A stretch of 46,115 nucleotides of DNA from Octopus bimaculoides (taxonomy: Eukaryota), in contig NC_068981.1 in the NCBI RefSeq assembly GCF_001194135.2, positions 128,103,979-128,150,093 on the forward strand. The letters are read 5' to 3'. The position numbers and the translations under genes are program-made. Shown piece after piece: positions 23,979 through 38,350 of the stretch. A model generated the notes under the pieces. That model saw nothing but the letters and a program-made list of their open reading frames with translations. It did not search any database and was not told where the DNA came from. Numbering within the stretch: the stretch's first letter is position 1; every line of letters starts with the position of its first letter.

Positions 23979-24352
23979 CTTTTACTTGTTTCAGTCGTAT
24001 GACTGCGGCCATGTTAGAGCACCGCCTTAAAGGATTTTAATCAAACAAATCGACCTCAGGCCTTATTTTTTAAGCCTAGTACTTATTCTATAGGTCTCTT
24101 TTTTGCCGAACTGCTAAGTTACGGGAACGTAACACACCAACACCGGTTGTCAAGAGGTGATGAGGAAAAACACAGTCACACTCACAGATACGTATATATA
24201 TGACTGGTTTCTTTCAGTTTCTGTCTACTAAATCCACTCACAAGGCTTTGGTCGGCCCGAGGCTATAGTAGAAGACAATTCCCTAAGGTACCATGCAGTG
24301 GTACTAAACCCGAAACCATGTGGATGGGAAACAAGCTACTTACTACATAACG
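23979..24352 (-). mobile_element. Full-length tRNA-derived SINE
   Basis: Reverse complement aligns end to end with 25384-25810. Confidence 0.85.
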
Positions 24353-24378
24353 AGTTCCATATATATATGTATGTGTGT

Positions 24379-24414
<36 letters not shown>

Positions 24415-24774
24415 GGATTCCTCCTTATTTTTACTTTTTATAAGGTTACAAGATTATAATCAGGTGAACTGCTCTAATGCTTTAGCGGAATTTTCTTTGT
24501 AAAACATATAAACCAGTGCGAGAAAAATTAATATTGTAAAACATTCAGATTAACACTACTGCGCTTGCCAACGTTATATTACACTGTTGCAACACCTCAG
24601 TTCTATATCGGAAAAGGTGATATACAACTAAGAATACGAAAATATACATTGCATACATTAAATTGTATATCATATGTGTCTATACTAATAAATTACGAAT
24701 ATTTACATATAAATTAGTCAAATGTGTCAATAACCTAATTAAGTCGACTAATCTCTGCGCATGTGTGTGTGCCA

Positions 24775-24819
<45 letters not shown>

Positions 24820-25383
24820 ATTAAATTACCAATACTGTGTAGGTCACGAATAAATAGGTACATGGACACACAGACCCATACGCGCACACATATTTGTATT
24901 TCAGGAGAGAGAGATGGACGTAAATCAGTTGAAGATAAATTTGTCTAATTTAGAAAAATAGCCATTATTTATGAATTATGTACTACTGAATACATGTAAT
25001 TTAAACTTAAATTACTGTAGCTAAAACAGAGTATAGAAATACCATTTTTATCTAATCCGCAAATGTCTGCTTATATATGTGTGCTTGAGGGTAAGCATAA
25101 CACGTTTATATATTTATGTATATATATATATATNNNNNNNNNNNNNNNNNNNNNNNNNNNNNNNNNNNNNNNNNNNNNNNNNNNNNNNNNNNNNNNNNNN
25201 NNNNNNNNNNNNNNNNNNNNNNNNNNNNNNNNNNNNNNNNNNNNNNNNNNNNNNNNNNNNNNNNNNNNNNNNNNNNNNNNNNNNNNNNNNNNNNNNNNNN
25301 NNNNNNNNNNNNNNNNNNNNNNNNNNNNNNNNNNNNNNNNNNNNNNNNNNNNNNNNNNNNNNNNNNNATCTCTCTCTCTCTCT

Positions 25384-25540
25384 GGAGTGGCTGTGTGGTA
25401 AGTAGCTTGCTTACCAACCACATGGTTCCGGGTTCAGTCCCACTGCATGGCACTTTCGGCAAGTGTCTTCTACTATAGGCCTCGGGCCGACCAAAGCCTT
25501 GTGAGTGGATTTGGTAGACAGAAACTGAAAGAAGCCCGTC

Positions 25541-25579
<39 letters not shown>

Positions 25580-25810
25580 TGTGTGTGTGTATGTGTATGT
25601 GTGTGTGCATGTTTGTGTGTCTGTGTTTGTCCCCCCAACATCGCTTGACAACCGATGCTGGTGTGTTTACAACCTCGTAACCTAACGGTTCGGTAAAAGT
25701 GACCGATAGAATAAGTACTAGGCTTACAAAAAATAAGTCCTGGGGTCGATTTTCTCGACTACAGGTGGTGCTCCAGCATGGCCGCAGTCAAATGACTGAA
25801 ACATTAAAAG
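25384..25810 (+). mobile_element. Full-length tRNA-derived SINE with internal (GT)n
   Basis: A-box GTGGCTGTGTGGTAAG, B-box GGTTCAGTCCC, conserved body, 3' GACTGAAAC..TAAAAG. Confidence 0.88.
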
Positions 25811-26712
25811 TTTTGAATGGTACAACTATAATTTTAAAAAATGGACTATGTACCTGTTGTAATTTAGTTATCCATAGTCTCGTGATATTTCGGAATAAAA
25901 TTCTTTCTTCAGATATTCTTAGATGGAGTCGCTGCTATCTATAATCTGTTTTCCAACGGCTTTTCTTTTTTCGGAAGCTTCGTGGTCTCACGAAGCTCCT
26001 TCCGGAATTCCTCATGAGGAGTGTGTGAGGTCCGCTGTGTTTCAATCTCGTGTGTGTTGGTACATCTGTAGCCCTACTTCTAAGTTATGTATTATACGTG
26101 CAGTTTCCTTTTTTCCCCCTTCTTTTTTTTTCTCTTCTCTTTTTTTTTTTGTTATAAACAATAGATGAGCATATCAAAAATGAACCTACACGCATCCAAA
26201 TGTAGCTAAATAATATTTTGATTACCAACCTCCAGCCTGTTGTTAATTTGGGGTCCTAGTCTGTGTATGAGTATTGTTTCCTTAATTCTAGCTTCATCTG
26301 GATGCGTGTAGGTTCATTTTTGATATGCTCATCTATTGTTTATAACAAAAAAAAAAAAAGAAAAAAAGAAAAAGAGAAGAGAAAAAAGGAGAGAAAAGGA
26401 AACTGCACGTATAATACATAACTTAGAAGCAGCGCTACAGATGTACCAACATACACGAGATTGAGACATAGCCGACCTCACGCACTTCTCATGAGGAATT
26501 CCGGAAGGAGCTTCGTGAGATCACCGCTGAGACGCTTCCGAAAAAAGAAAAGCCGTTGGAAAACCGATTATAGATAGCAGCGACTCCATCTAAGAATATC
26601 TGAAGAAAGAATTTTATTCCGAAATATCACGAGACTATGGATAACTAAATTACAACAGGTATATAGTCCATTTTTTGTATTATAGTGCATTGTTGTACCA
26701 TTCAAATCTTTT
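25806..26712. repeat. Long inverted repeat: arms 25806-26208 and 26289-26712, 80 nt spacer
   Basis: Arms are reverse complements at roughly 90% identity by eye, e.g. TAGTTATCCATAGTCTCGTGATATTTCGGAATAAAATTCTTTCTTCAGATATTCTTAGATGGAGTCGCTGCTATCTATAATC is mirrored exactly. Confidence 0.92.
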
Positions 26713-26718
26713 TATTCT

Positions 26719-26719
26719 C

Positions 26720-26786
<67 letters not shown>
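26719..26786. repeat. (AAT)n microsatellite
   Basis: Direct reading. Confidence 0.95.
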
Positions 26787-26787
<1 letters not shown>

Positions 26788-26799
26788 GTAAAAAATGCA

Positions 26800-27512
26800 C
26801 AGCATTGTTCTGAAAGACGTTTAGGCTCATGTTCATTCACAAATACAACCAAGTCTGTGATGTCATAATTTGTCTCTCTTGCTATTTCTCTTGAAGTTAA
26901 ATCACTAATTCGACGGTTTGTTTTTGGCAGTACGGAGCCAGATTCTTGCAAATTTTTCTCTCCCATGGCCAAAACTTGATCCTCAGTCTCAATCAGTGCT
27001 TAGCTAAAAATTGCTTTAGAGAACTAAATATTAATATCTGGGTTTGCCTGTTGAACTGCATACTTTAAGTCTTCAGCCATGTCCTTACGATGTTTCATCT
27101 AAAGCTGTAGGGCACTGCCAAGTTGATACATGTTCAGTATAATTGCAAAAAGGTTATGGAGTTTCCTTGGAGAATCTGATACTGATGCTTCAGTCAATGC
27201 AAGACCCCAATGTTCACCATTTTCTAAAAAGAACCTTGTTGGTAGCATGCTTCCCTATAAGTTTCACACACATGACCATCTACCCTCCTCGAATCTCAGA
27301 ATGATTTGGGACCACATACTTCATGCAAAAGGAGGCGTAAGTAGTAGCATTCTGCTTGGCTTGGGAGAACACTGTAAACTCTTACAAGTGCATCAGCTCC
27401 ACATTTTCTTTTGTGCCATTTATTGTTTCTGCAGGTGTAATACTTGGGAAATTATGGGGAAATTAGTTTTCTTGCATCTTCATCTACTTGACACAAATTT
27501 AAAAAGGCAAAT
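26800..27512 (-). pseudogene. Helitron Rep/helicase fragment
   Basis: Reverse-complement translation across frameshifts gives RVYSVLPSQAECYYLRLLLHEVCGPKSF...VDGHVCETYREAC...SPRKLHNLFAII...RETNYDITDLVVFVNEHEPK, typical of the Rep-to-PIF1 helicase linker of Helitron RepHel. Confidence 0.85.
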
Positions 27513-27659
27513 CTTGAAATATATACAATGATATATATATATATATATATATATATATCATTGTATATATTTCAAGATTTTGCTCTAGGCAAAACGACCT
27601 CTGCTCTTTTAGCCTCCCCCACCACCTCACCTGTTATACTGGAACAATCTTCTTCGTAT

Positions 27660-28735
27660 AACAGTCTTACTTTGACCATAATTGGAAGCAGTACTCCAAT
27701 TAAATGAAAACAAGTTTTCTCCACAGAGATATCAGGGTTTCCTTTTTCCAATTTTCTAAATGATCTCAGAATCCAAGCGGCCAGTCACGTGCTCATTATC
27801 AATTTCGAAACGTGCACACAGAATGGTACATCATAACTCTTTTGGATCCCCAGTTCACGCACTGCTTGTTACTCTGGAGTTACAATGTATATTCTAGTTA
27901 CATTCTGTTCATGGGTGATAGCGGAGCGCTTGAAAATATTCAGTAATGAACTGCACGTTTCTTTCTTCAGCGTAGTTGGTGAGAATGGTTGATTGTATGA
28001 CTAATGACACCACTGAAAATGTCACTGCAAACAGTAGTAGTTCTAGAACAGTTCTCGCAAAGAATTGATGCCTCCTCAGAGAGAACACTGTTAAATGCAA
28101 ATGCTCTGAAACCAATCTATCCAGCGTGAGTAGTGATTGAATGCTTTGTCTACGGGACCTCGGCAGTTTATGACATATCATTCCGTGAACAACTTTATCA
28201 AAACCCTTCGCAAAGTCGAGATATATCATATCGACATTTAACTGATTAAATCATTGTTTCAGTATCCAGTCATAATCCTGAAGCAACTGTTTGAGGCAGC
28301 TCATTCTTGGACGGAAGCAGTGCTGCGCGTCACTGAGCAAGCCATTTTAATTTTTTTTAGGAACGTGATCTGCTTCATTTTATCAATACATTATATGACT
28401 TTGCCGATATATGAGCCTAAAAGATAAGATATTTTCAGAATCTCTGCTTCCTCCTTTATGTTAAGCTTTTGGGAGGTTTGCAACATTCAAGGACTCTTTA
28501 GAAAACTATCGAAAGTCCTTTTTGCCAGTGCTTTCTGGTCTAATCACCGGAAAATCATCAGGGTCCATTGCTGAGTTCATGTTCATCTCATCAATAGCTG
28601 ATATTACACACTCTTGTTTTAAGTCTAAGTGAAATATGGTTGCTCTCTTGGTAGAGTTGCGGTTTTGAAGAAAACACCAGGTGTATTTATTTACATAATC
28701 CTCAGTAGGGAAGTGAAAATACTTTGACATTGTTT
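27660..28735 (-). pseudogene. CR1/L2-type LINE reverse transcriptase fragment, internally deleted
   Basis: AIDEMNMNSAMDPDDFP; LSDAQHCFRPRMSCLKQLL; DMIYLDFAKGFDKVVHG; TNYAEE (YADD-equivalent). Confidence 0.8.
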
Positions 28736-28800
28736 ATTTTTTATTTATGACACATTCAAAGACACACACACGCATACATATGTGTCTGTGCATGTATGTT

Positions 28801-28848
<48 letters not shown>

Positions 28849-30222
28849 TGCGTACGTGCGTGCGTACGTGCGTGTGTGTGTGTGAGAGAGAAAGAGAGAG
28901 AGAGAGAGGGGGGGCTTACGAACTGTTTCCGCCTACCGAATTTTACTTTCAAAACTCTCAAAATGTTGGTCAACCCAAGTCTATACTCTGTCACTGTGAA
29001 TCGGATTCCTTAACTAACCAGTCATACTTATATAATAACTGCATCAATTAATGTTTAGATAAAGGAAACTCGTATAAATTATAAAATCATTTATTGAACA
29101 CAATATATAGCATTAATCCTTTATACAGAAAATGGATTGCAACGTCGCGATAAGTTATTTATACTTGGTAAACACAAATCCTATCGATATATTTCGATTT
29201 TAGAATATTTAAAGAATACACAACGGTGGCTGTACTGTTTTAGAAAGCTTGTCAGATTAAATATAGTGTAGTAACTGAAATGAAAAATTATTGCTTTCAA
29301 AATATCTTTACTCTCGGTGATTTCTCTTTTGATGACAGAAACATAGTTTTCTAGGTATTAATTTTTACGTGTGGGCGGTTATGACAAAACATGTTTATTC
29401 TAGAAATTATTAAATACAATTCAGCCATACCAGAAATTACTGCCTATCTGGCGTTCTTGGTATATTACCAAAAGGGAAAAGAATATAATTAATAACTTGC
29501 TTTTGCCGAATCTGTGACATAAAGCAGCAAAGAATTAATTCCTACGTCGAAATTACACAGGGCCTTAACAGCCTTATATGCTTGAATATAATTTTCACAT
29601 CGTGTGTGTGTGCGTGCATGCGCGCATGCATTGGTAAAAGCGTTTGTTTGTGTGTGTGTGTGTGTGTGTGTGTACGCATGCGCGTGTGGTGCTCGTATGC
29701 ATGTATGTATATGTATGTGTGTGTGTGTGTGCGCGCGCTTGCACGTTGCGTGTCTGTTACCTCAGTTCAGGAGCTGCGTTATATGTTTTAATTAGAACGT
29801 GTGGTAGGAGGAAGAAAACCCATTGACTGAAGATGCTGTTATTGTTCAGCTTCAGACCTGCTCTGAGCGAGCAGATATATAACCAAGATCGTTTCTATTA
29901 TGACCAATCCGATCTTTTCATGAGTATTGCATATCTAATGTATCATTCACTTTTCAAGATGGTATGATGTAACCTGAGGGCGAAATTATCACTTCTAGCA
30001 GGTCGAGCGGTCACGCAGATGCTTTCCCGCCAAAGCAAGTAATTTTATGAAGCGGTAAAATGTGGAAGGCGCTGGTTTTCTTCCCAAGACTAGTCCAAAA
30101 GCGTTCTAACCATGACTACTCCTTCTTGTATATCAAGGTTTACATTGTCAAATGTGTGCAATGTATCCAAGACGGTAAGATGTGATTTGAGGGAGACATA
30201 ATTGTTATTTCTGGCAAGTAGA

Positions 30223-30279
30223 GTTCATTCCTTCGTGTCTCGTTCATTCCTTCGTGTCTCGTTCATTCCTTCGTGTCTC
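30223..30279. repeat. 3 x 19 bp perfect tandem repeat GTTCATTCCTTCGTGTCTC
   Basis: Units at 30223-30241, 30242-30260 and 30261-30279. Confidence 0.95.
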
Positions 30280-31089
30280 TGTATTTCTGCATGCATGCTT
30301 GTATCTGTACATGCTACAGCCTAAATTTCTCCAGTTCAATATATTTTTAGAATTCAGTTAGCGGTTTGTATTTGTGCGTAGTGTGGGGATGTGATGAGGA
30401 GTTTGATTGAATTTTCTAAACTGCGGTTCTTTACTAAAATCACTAACTCTACGCTGTCCGGCATTGTATACCAAGCTTCTATATTTTCTTTCTATCTACC
30501 ATTGTTCAAAAAGCACGAAACATTTTCTCTTTTTTCTTTTTTTGTCCTTCCATCAATCTTGACAAAAGAAAATTTCTCGAAGCGTCACTATCCGCTCCTT
30601 TTTGTGCTATTGTTTTATTTTTTGGCCCTGTTTCAGGTCGTGATTTACTTTTGGGGTATGAATTGCGACTAGGTCATTGGTGAAGCAGAAGGCGTTAAAT
30701 TAATTAGAAAATAAATTATACATTTATATTCAAGGATTATTTCGAGAAATGCAGATGAGCATTCAATGATCACGTGTTATTATCTTAATATTTTAATTCC
30801 TTGATTTTCTTACAGTATTATGAAATTAATTCCATTCTTGCTCTTATCCTTTCGACATCTTTGGCTAAGTCTTTCATTCTTTCTTCTCTCATTCTGCTGC
30901 AAAATCTTTCTTCTTTCATTCCAAGAAGTTACATTGATTAATTTACGGGATTCTGAATTTTCTAGTTCTCCCACGATATCTTTCATGCTTTCCCTTTGCT
31001 TTACTTTCTTTGATTTCTTTCTTTACGTTTTTCTCTTCTCTTTTTAAATTCTCTCCTGCATTGCTTTCACTTCTTCTTGCTTTCTTTCA

Positions 31090-31156
<67 letters not shown>

Positions 31157-31888
31157 CTCTCTTTCCCTCTTCGTTTTCTTTGGTTCATTGATTTTTCATG
31201 AGTATTATTCCTACCCACCTTGTTTTCTTTCTGTTTCTTTTTTATTCTCCGACTTCATTATTAAAAAACACTATTCCACTCTCATTGCAATGATACTTAA
31301 AACAACCTGTGTTTCAAACTGTCTGTCTATCAATCATTCTCTCTCTTTCTCCCTCTCTTTCTTTCACACTCTTTCTCCCTCTCTCTTCTGTACTCCTGTT
31401 TATTCTTTTCTCTTTCTCTCTCGGTGTGCCTTTTGTGTGTGTTTGCTTATATATGTGAATATGAATGTGTATACATATTATATATATGTACACACACACA
31501 TATATATATGCACATACACATATATATGCGTGTATATATATGTACGCGTGCGTATGTGTGTATGCGTGTATGTGTGTATGTGTGTGCATATATCTATATT
31601 CAGATGTGTATCTATGTATATCTATAGACACACATACATACGAATACATACGCTTATAGACATATATATGCATATGTGAGTGTGTGTATGTGTGCAGGCG
31701 CACACATGCTTATGTCTGTAAGCGTGTGTTTGCGTATTTACGTGTGTCTACGGACACACACACTCACACATATATGCATATATATACGTGTTTGAATGCA
31801 TGAACACACATACACACACACATGCATATATATGCGTGTTTAAATACATAAACACACATACTCACACACGCACACTCACACATACTTA

Positions 31889-31936
<48 letters not shown>

Positions 31937-32085
31937 TACATACATGTATACCTTCGTATCATATCATGATGTTTTCCATTTTCAATAATCAAAATGATGA
32001 AATGATGTTTTGAACACAAGCTCACAGAATCTATCAATTTTATTGAGTGGAGTATTCAGTATGATTGACAATTGTCTGCTTTATT

Positions 32086-33540
32086 TTAATAATCTGGAGT
32101 AACAAAAAAGAATGCAATGCTAAAGCTGACTGGATAGAGCGTCAGAAAGTGAGACTGGACGAAGTTGAAGAGCAGAAATGGAAGGCAATAAGAATAGAAG
32201 AGCTAAGATGTGTTATTAGGAAGTCTCGCAAATGGAAAACTGCAGGACTGGACCGAATTCCTAACCTCTGGTTAAATTGTCTGACAGAAGAACACAATTT
32301 AGCTGCATCTCTGACTGGTGTCATCCATAGCCCAGAGCAAATACCTGCCTGGCTGGCTGAAGCAGCAACATACCTTCAACCAAAAACTGATCACACAAAA
32401 AATCCAAGAACTACCGACCGATAACATGTCTCAACACCACCTACAAGATCCTCACATCCATATTAACTGACAGAATATATGCTTTCCTTGAACAGAGATC
32501 TATTCTTCCACAAGCTCAAAAAGGGAATTATTATGGGTGCAAAGATCACTTACTCATAAGTAAAATGATCGCAGAGAATTGCCGGGGCAAAAAGAAAAAC
32601 CTGAGTATGGCATGGATAGACTGTAGGAAAGCGTTTGATAGTATCCTACATAATTGGATAACCAAGGCCCTTGATATATACAATATCTCTCCTGTCATCT
32701 CCAAATTCTTACAAAGTAGCATGGCCAAGTGGAATACACGTCTCCTTCTAAACCATAGTAATGGGATGAGTCAAACTAACAACATCAACATCAAACGAGG
32801 CATCTTTCAAAATGACTCCTTTTCCCTATTACTTTTTTGCATGGCACTGATCCCACCACCAAACGAACTAAATAACATCAACTAAAGGTTCAAAGTTTAC
32901 AATACGACGATAAACCATCTGTTTATGTGGACTACCTGAAGCTGTTTGCTAGAAATGACATAGAGCTAGTAGGGCTGCTAACAACTGTTAAAGAATTCAG
33001 CAATGATATCGGGATGGACTTTAGCTAATCGACCAGACACAATTATTAAAGACCGGGAAGAAAATACTTGTAGAGTAAATGTTCCCACTGATAAAAATAT
33101 ATCTGTCAAAGAATTTGACAAACTAGGTAAATATAAGGACCTGGAAATTGAAATGCAAAAGATGTGGCATCTTAAAACGAGAACTGTTACTGTTAATATA
33201 GGTGCCCTAGGTATGATAAAAAAAAAAGGGATGTCAGACACACCTAAATAAGATCCCAGGAGAACCATGTCTCAGAAAAATTCAAAAGATTGTGCTGACA
33301 AGTACTGCCCACATCCTTAGAAAAACCCTATCCATTTAAATGTCTGTNNNNNNNNNNAAGTACTGCCCACATCCTTAGAAAAACCCTATCCATTTAAATG
33401 TCTGTGTTGTATTACATGAAGATATTTCACTACCTCCCCTCCCCAAGCTTTCAGTCTTATTGTAACATCTTTTATCCTTCTCTCACCCCAGAAAGCTGGG
33501 TGTGTTTCGGCAAGTGACTGTAACAAAGATGTAGATTAAC
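32086..33540 (+). mobile_element. R4/Dong-clade non-LTR retrotransposon (RT plus restriction-like endonuclease), 5' truncated and internally deleted
   Basis: RPITCLNTTYKILTS; AWIDCRKAFDSILH; RGIFQNDSFSLLLFC; C-terminal ANRPDTII...KLGKYKDLEIE...GALG (REL domain). Confidence 0.85.
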
Positions 33541-33598
<58 letters not shown>

Positions 33599-33612
33599 AT
33601 AGTAGTAGTAGT
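33541..33612. repeat. (AGT)n microsatellite directly 3' of the R4-like element
   Basis: Direct reading. Confidence 0.95.
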
Positions 33613-35833
33613 AACAACAACAGCAGTATCAATACTGGGGTTAAACAACAGTATCAATAAGAATGAAGAATTTATTAAAATATATTGTAAAGCTACTATA
33701 AATATATATCATTTAACTAGGCCCATACTGGAATTACTTAAATCGATGTTAGTATAAGCGCAATATTTAATTTAACGATGTCGAGGGTGAAATGTAGTTT
33801 GGGCCTAGCTTGGATTTAAAATTAAAAACTGGAAACCAGAAACTTAGTATCAGAATGCCTCATCTGATGTTTTACCGTGAATTAAGTTATACATTCCTTA
33901 TACCCCTCACTTACAAATGCTGCCTCTAGATTCTATTGTGGAATGGACACATGCCAATTTGACCATAACATTGTTAACAGTTCCATAGAACGCATTCTCC
34001 TTTAAGGTTCTACAAACGTTATATTAGGGAGGGATACCTAATACTCAGTACTTAAATTAATGTTCAAAATACTTTTCCAGTTGAAGAAATCTAACACTCC
34101 ATTCTTTCTCACAAATAATTCCATTGATAGCTTGGAAACTTTTTACGTGCATTACAGAATGTCGAGATGCTCTTATAGTATGTCGTTATAGCAAACCAGA
34201 AAATATTGAACAAGAGCTTGAAAGAAGTTTCATCTCTTGAAGAACTTTATGAATAGTTGACTCAGTAGCTGTCTTTAAATATTGTGATTTATCAACGCAC
34301 TCTAACATTGAATATTATTTACTTCTTTCGACCTGAATGTCTAAATGAATAGATCAGATAATTCCTCCTTTTTTATGTTAACAGCAACATGCAAGTTCTC
34401 TTACTTATTGTCTATTAAAGACAACTGTAGACCTACAGAAAATCAGCGTATCAACATGCAAGACCATGATTTGGAATTGAACTAAGATTTCCGAAGCATG
34501 TAATTTTGCACCTTTCATTTATCCTTCAGAAAAGAATTACTTTCACAATATTGAATCAATCAATATTTATCTCTAAAAGGCAGACACGGTAAAACACTGG
34601 ACTATAAATACCAGCCGGTGTTGGATGAGAAGCATTTATAATATAATTTCTAGATTTAAATACAACCGATTTCGATCCTATATTTCATCCCTTTTATATA
34701 GATTTATTATTATATAAACGTTAACCTTCTGTCTAAGAAGGAGATAGATTTTTAAAATCATTCAGATGTCATAGCTGCAGAGATGCATCTCTCAACGCGT
34801 GCTTAAACACTGTATTAATAGCATTTGAGATCATTACTTCCTGGATGATACATTTAATTCTTAACCCGATTTAGCACCACCACCTGGTCTCTGAATGCTT
34901 TTGACTGAATACACTTCATTGCAAGCATTCGAGCAAGGGTTTTGGTCTAAGGTCGAGTACCTTCTGCTAATCTCAAAGATCTTGAAAAATTATTTGTGCG
35001 CTGTCCGTCTATATCTATTGAAATCATGTAAAAGAAAAGAATAAAAATTATATCTGTTTACATCAAGGTAGAATGGTCCAGTGACAGCTGGTCACACATG
35101 CTGCTTAAGGCTAGTACCGGAATATGAATCATCTGATCTGGTGACTTGACATCATATCGACTCGATTTGCTGCAACCATTACTTCAGGCCATTAAGCGTT
35201 AACCAACTAACAAACACTGGAAATCAATTACAGGTTCTAAATGTTTATCCCAATGGATGTTTTCAATTTTATAATTGAAATATAGAGAAAAAAGATGAAA
35301 ATCTGAAATATTAATGTTATAAGCAATAAACTAAAGTGTCTTTAAGTAAGACATTAAACCATAATCAATAATTCAATGTTCTGGTAATACATCAAGGATT
35401 GAAAGTATCTGCCAAATCACATACACGGATAATCTTATCGTTTTTATTCAGGGCAATGAACTGATTATGATTCTGTCATTGATTCCATTTGAGTAGAAAG
35501 AAACTCCCTATTATGTCAGAAAAAACATCTAGTTAATTTATTTATTAATGCTTTACAGTTAATTGGTTTATCGACTCGGAAAGGATGAAAATACGAAATC
35601 AGATCTGGTGGGATAATACCTCTGAGATAATACCTCTGAGTCAGTTAGAATGAGATCCGCATTGTTTATATCATTGCTCTAGCAACAATAGAAACATTAT
35701 AACTTTACTTTAAAGTGAAATAGCGACTGCTTTGTTCTTACAAAATATGAACTATGCTGACCAACATTAAAATATTTCTTATGTACACACTAACCAGAAT
35801 ATTTATAAAGTTACTAATAAGGTTCAGACATTT

Positions 35834-35871
<38 letters not shown>

Positions 35872-36368
35872 TCACACACACGCACACCACATACACACAC
35901 ACATATATATATATATATGTATGTATGCATGTATGTATGCATGTATGTATGTATGCATGTATGTATGCACGTATGTATGTATGTATGTATGCGTGTATGT
36001 ATGTATGTATGTATGTATAAACGTTAGGTGAACTAAAGTAATAAATGTTAAGTGCTTTGTCAATGGATCTTACTCTGTAGTAGTGACTCTTACTTACTGC
36101 CCCATAAGTACATTAAAATATCTATCTTAATCATCACTGAAAAACTAGTACATATTTGCAGACACATATACACAACATAATTTACTTACAGAAAGAAAAT
36201 GCTTGTTTGTTGACTTGGTGATGTTTTGCCGCTTTGAACATATTAGATTAATTAGTAGATGTTTAAGAACGTTCTAATTCTATGAACTTCATGAATCCTC
36301 GTCTTCAATTCATTCTCCTGTTTCCTATCTATTCTCTCTTTCTCTTTCTCTTTCTTTCTCTCTCCCTC

Positions 36369-36454
<86 letters not shown>

Positions 36455-38125
36455 TTACACACCACACACACACACACACGCACACATGTAGCGACTCCGG
36501 CTATAATAAATGAGATATTTTCCTTTTGCTTAGGTTCGATTCACGAAAGCTCTCGCTGAAAAGATTCATATCACGTTTTTGCTACAAGATTGCTCCCGAA
36601 CAAGCATTACCATTGTATATGTAATTAAAATCATTAACTGCTTATATTACTTCAAAACACTCGTCCACGTATGCTATAATGGTGTCATGAGATGTCATCA
36701 CGAAGGCGCTACTTCTATAATTTTTACGATTATTTTTAGATTATGCCAGTAAATATTTTGTCTTAAACTGGCAAATATTAACTAATTGTATTCATTTAAA
36801 ATACAGTTTAAGACTAAATTTACCTGATTGTTATTTTTTCAGCAAGTATTTTTTAAAAAAAATGTTATAAACATTGCATCAGAAATATTATCACGTTTTT
36901 AGAAGCATCGCATCTTAAATATAATCATGTGAAAGTGTCTTCCTTGGTATGTTCTTGTTACAAACTGTTATTTAACTCGTTCGAGCGATCTTAGGGTATA
37001 TTCGCTCTGACATCATAATTAACCGTCTCTGCCTCTGCATGCAACGCACGGTTTGTTTTGTTCGTTGTTAATAGCAAAGTATTACACGTGCTTTGATAAA
37101 TTTATGTTAATGAAGTTTATTTTGAGTACATATTTTTAGAACTACAAGAGTAGGCTGATTCGACAGGTTGATCGTGGAGTTTGATAAGCAGTACATTTAG
37201 TGCACTCAGTGATTGCATGCTAAGCAAGCTTCCGTAAAATGTTTTTTTAAGGTTCGTAATATCTGATATTTTTTTAATGATTGATATAGGAATGAGTTGT
37301 GTCAAACGAAACATTTTTCGGGAATATTCGGAAGTATCTGACAACTGGTACCTATAAAGGAAAATCCGCATCATTTGTAATCAAGAGTAAAGACAATTAG
37401 ACAGCAGCATGGATAAATAATGAAAACCTTCATTTTATCAAAGCATTTAGTATTTGTTTAGTAGTATTATTATGCTGCATATGTCGTTTCAAACCTCTCG
37501 TTTCATTTCGGGCTATCTCCCGTCAGCATCTTCGTTTTACCCATTATTGTAGACGATATATTTTTACCCACAAGAGAGTAATGTTACCTAACATGAATAT
37601 TGCAACCGTTGATCCCGTTAAGCTGTATGCTTGTGAGCGCGCACACACGTCTTACAACATTCACACAAAGCAAAAGATTTGCGCCCACAAGGTTTTCAAG
37701 ATGAAATCAAAATTATTTAATTGACAGAAATAATCGTATAATTTCTTGATAAAATCTTAAACAATACACTTTAAAATGGTATCTGGTTAGTTCGTTAATG
37801 AGGCACTTGAAAGATGGTTATGCAGTGATTTATATGGATGCATGCATGCTTTAGAGAAACAGGCAAAATTTCTGTGTACATCCACAACAAAAAAATATAG
37901 GATACATTGATTGTAGGCTTCGTTATCAAGATATCTCGAAAATGAAATGGTGCAAACTATCTTGCAGAAGTCCATTTTGATAGATAAACAGTGAAACAGT
38001 TGGACTAGAATAAGTGGTCCTGCAGTCCGATACTTGAATCGCTGATTCCATTTTACCATTCATTGACTAAATACAATATTAACGAGAATACTAAAAATGA
38101 ACTCGACCACTCTCAAAAATTAAGT

Positions 38126-38350
38126 AAAAAATCACCAGGAAAATAATCCAGAATTCTTGTCCGGTATTGGATCGATTCCAAAATGTAATCAGTTCGTGCC
38201 AGTCACGAGGCCAAACATCCCTGAAAGTTTCATCCGAATCCATCTAGCAGTTCTTGAGATATCTTGTCCACGGACAAACAAACAGACAAACAAACAAAGA
38301 AACGCAACTGTAAAACAATACCTCCGCCATCGCTAAAGTAGAGGTAATTA
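38126..38350. mobile_element. Non-autonomous DNA transposon terminal fragment (right end)
   Basis: Ends AATACCTCCGCCATCGCTAAAGTAGAGGTAATTAA; homologous in inverted orientation to 39159-39272. Confidence 0.65.

Noticed and set aside
30223-30279. Short direct repeats considered as a CRISPR-like array
   Set aside because: Contiguous units with no spacers in eukaryotic DNA; a simple minisatellite.
33299-33406. 49 bp exact direct repeat flanking a 10-N gap
   Set aside because: Typical unmerged contig overlap, i.e. an assembly artefact.
21380-35620. Several very degenerate minus-strand SINE scraps (~21340, ~33770, ~35570)
   Set aside because: Boundaries cannot be set reliably by eye, and they are ordinary repeat debris.
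37490-37535. Minus-strand CTGACGG...CCCGAAA motif
   Set aside because: A9 is missing and there is no coherent stem I or III; probably chance.
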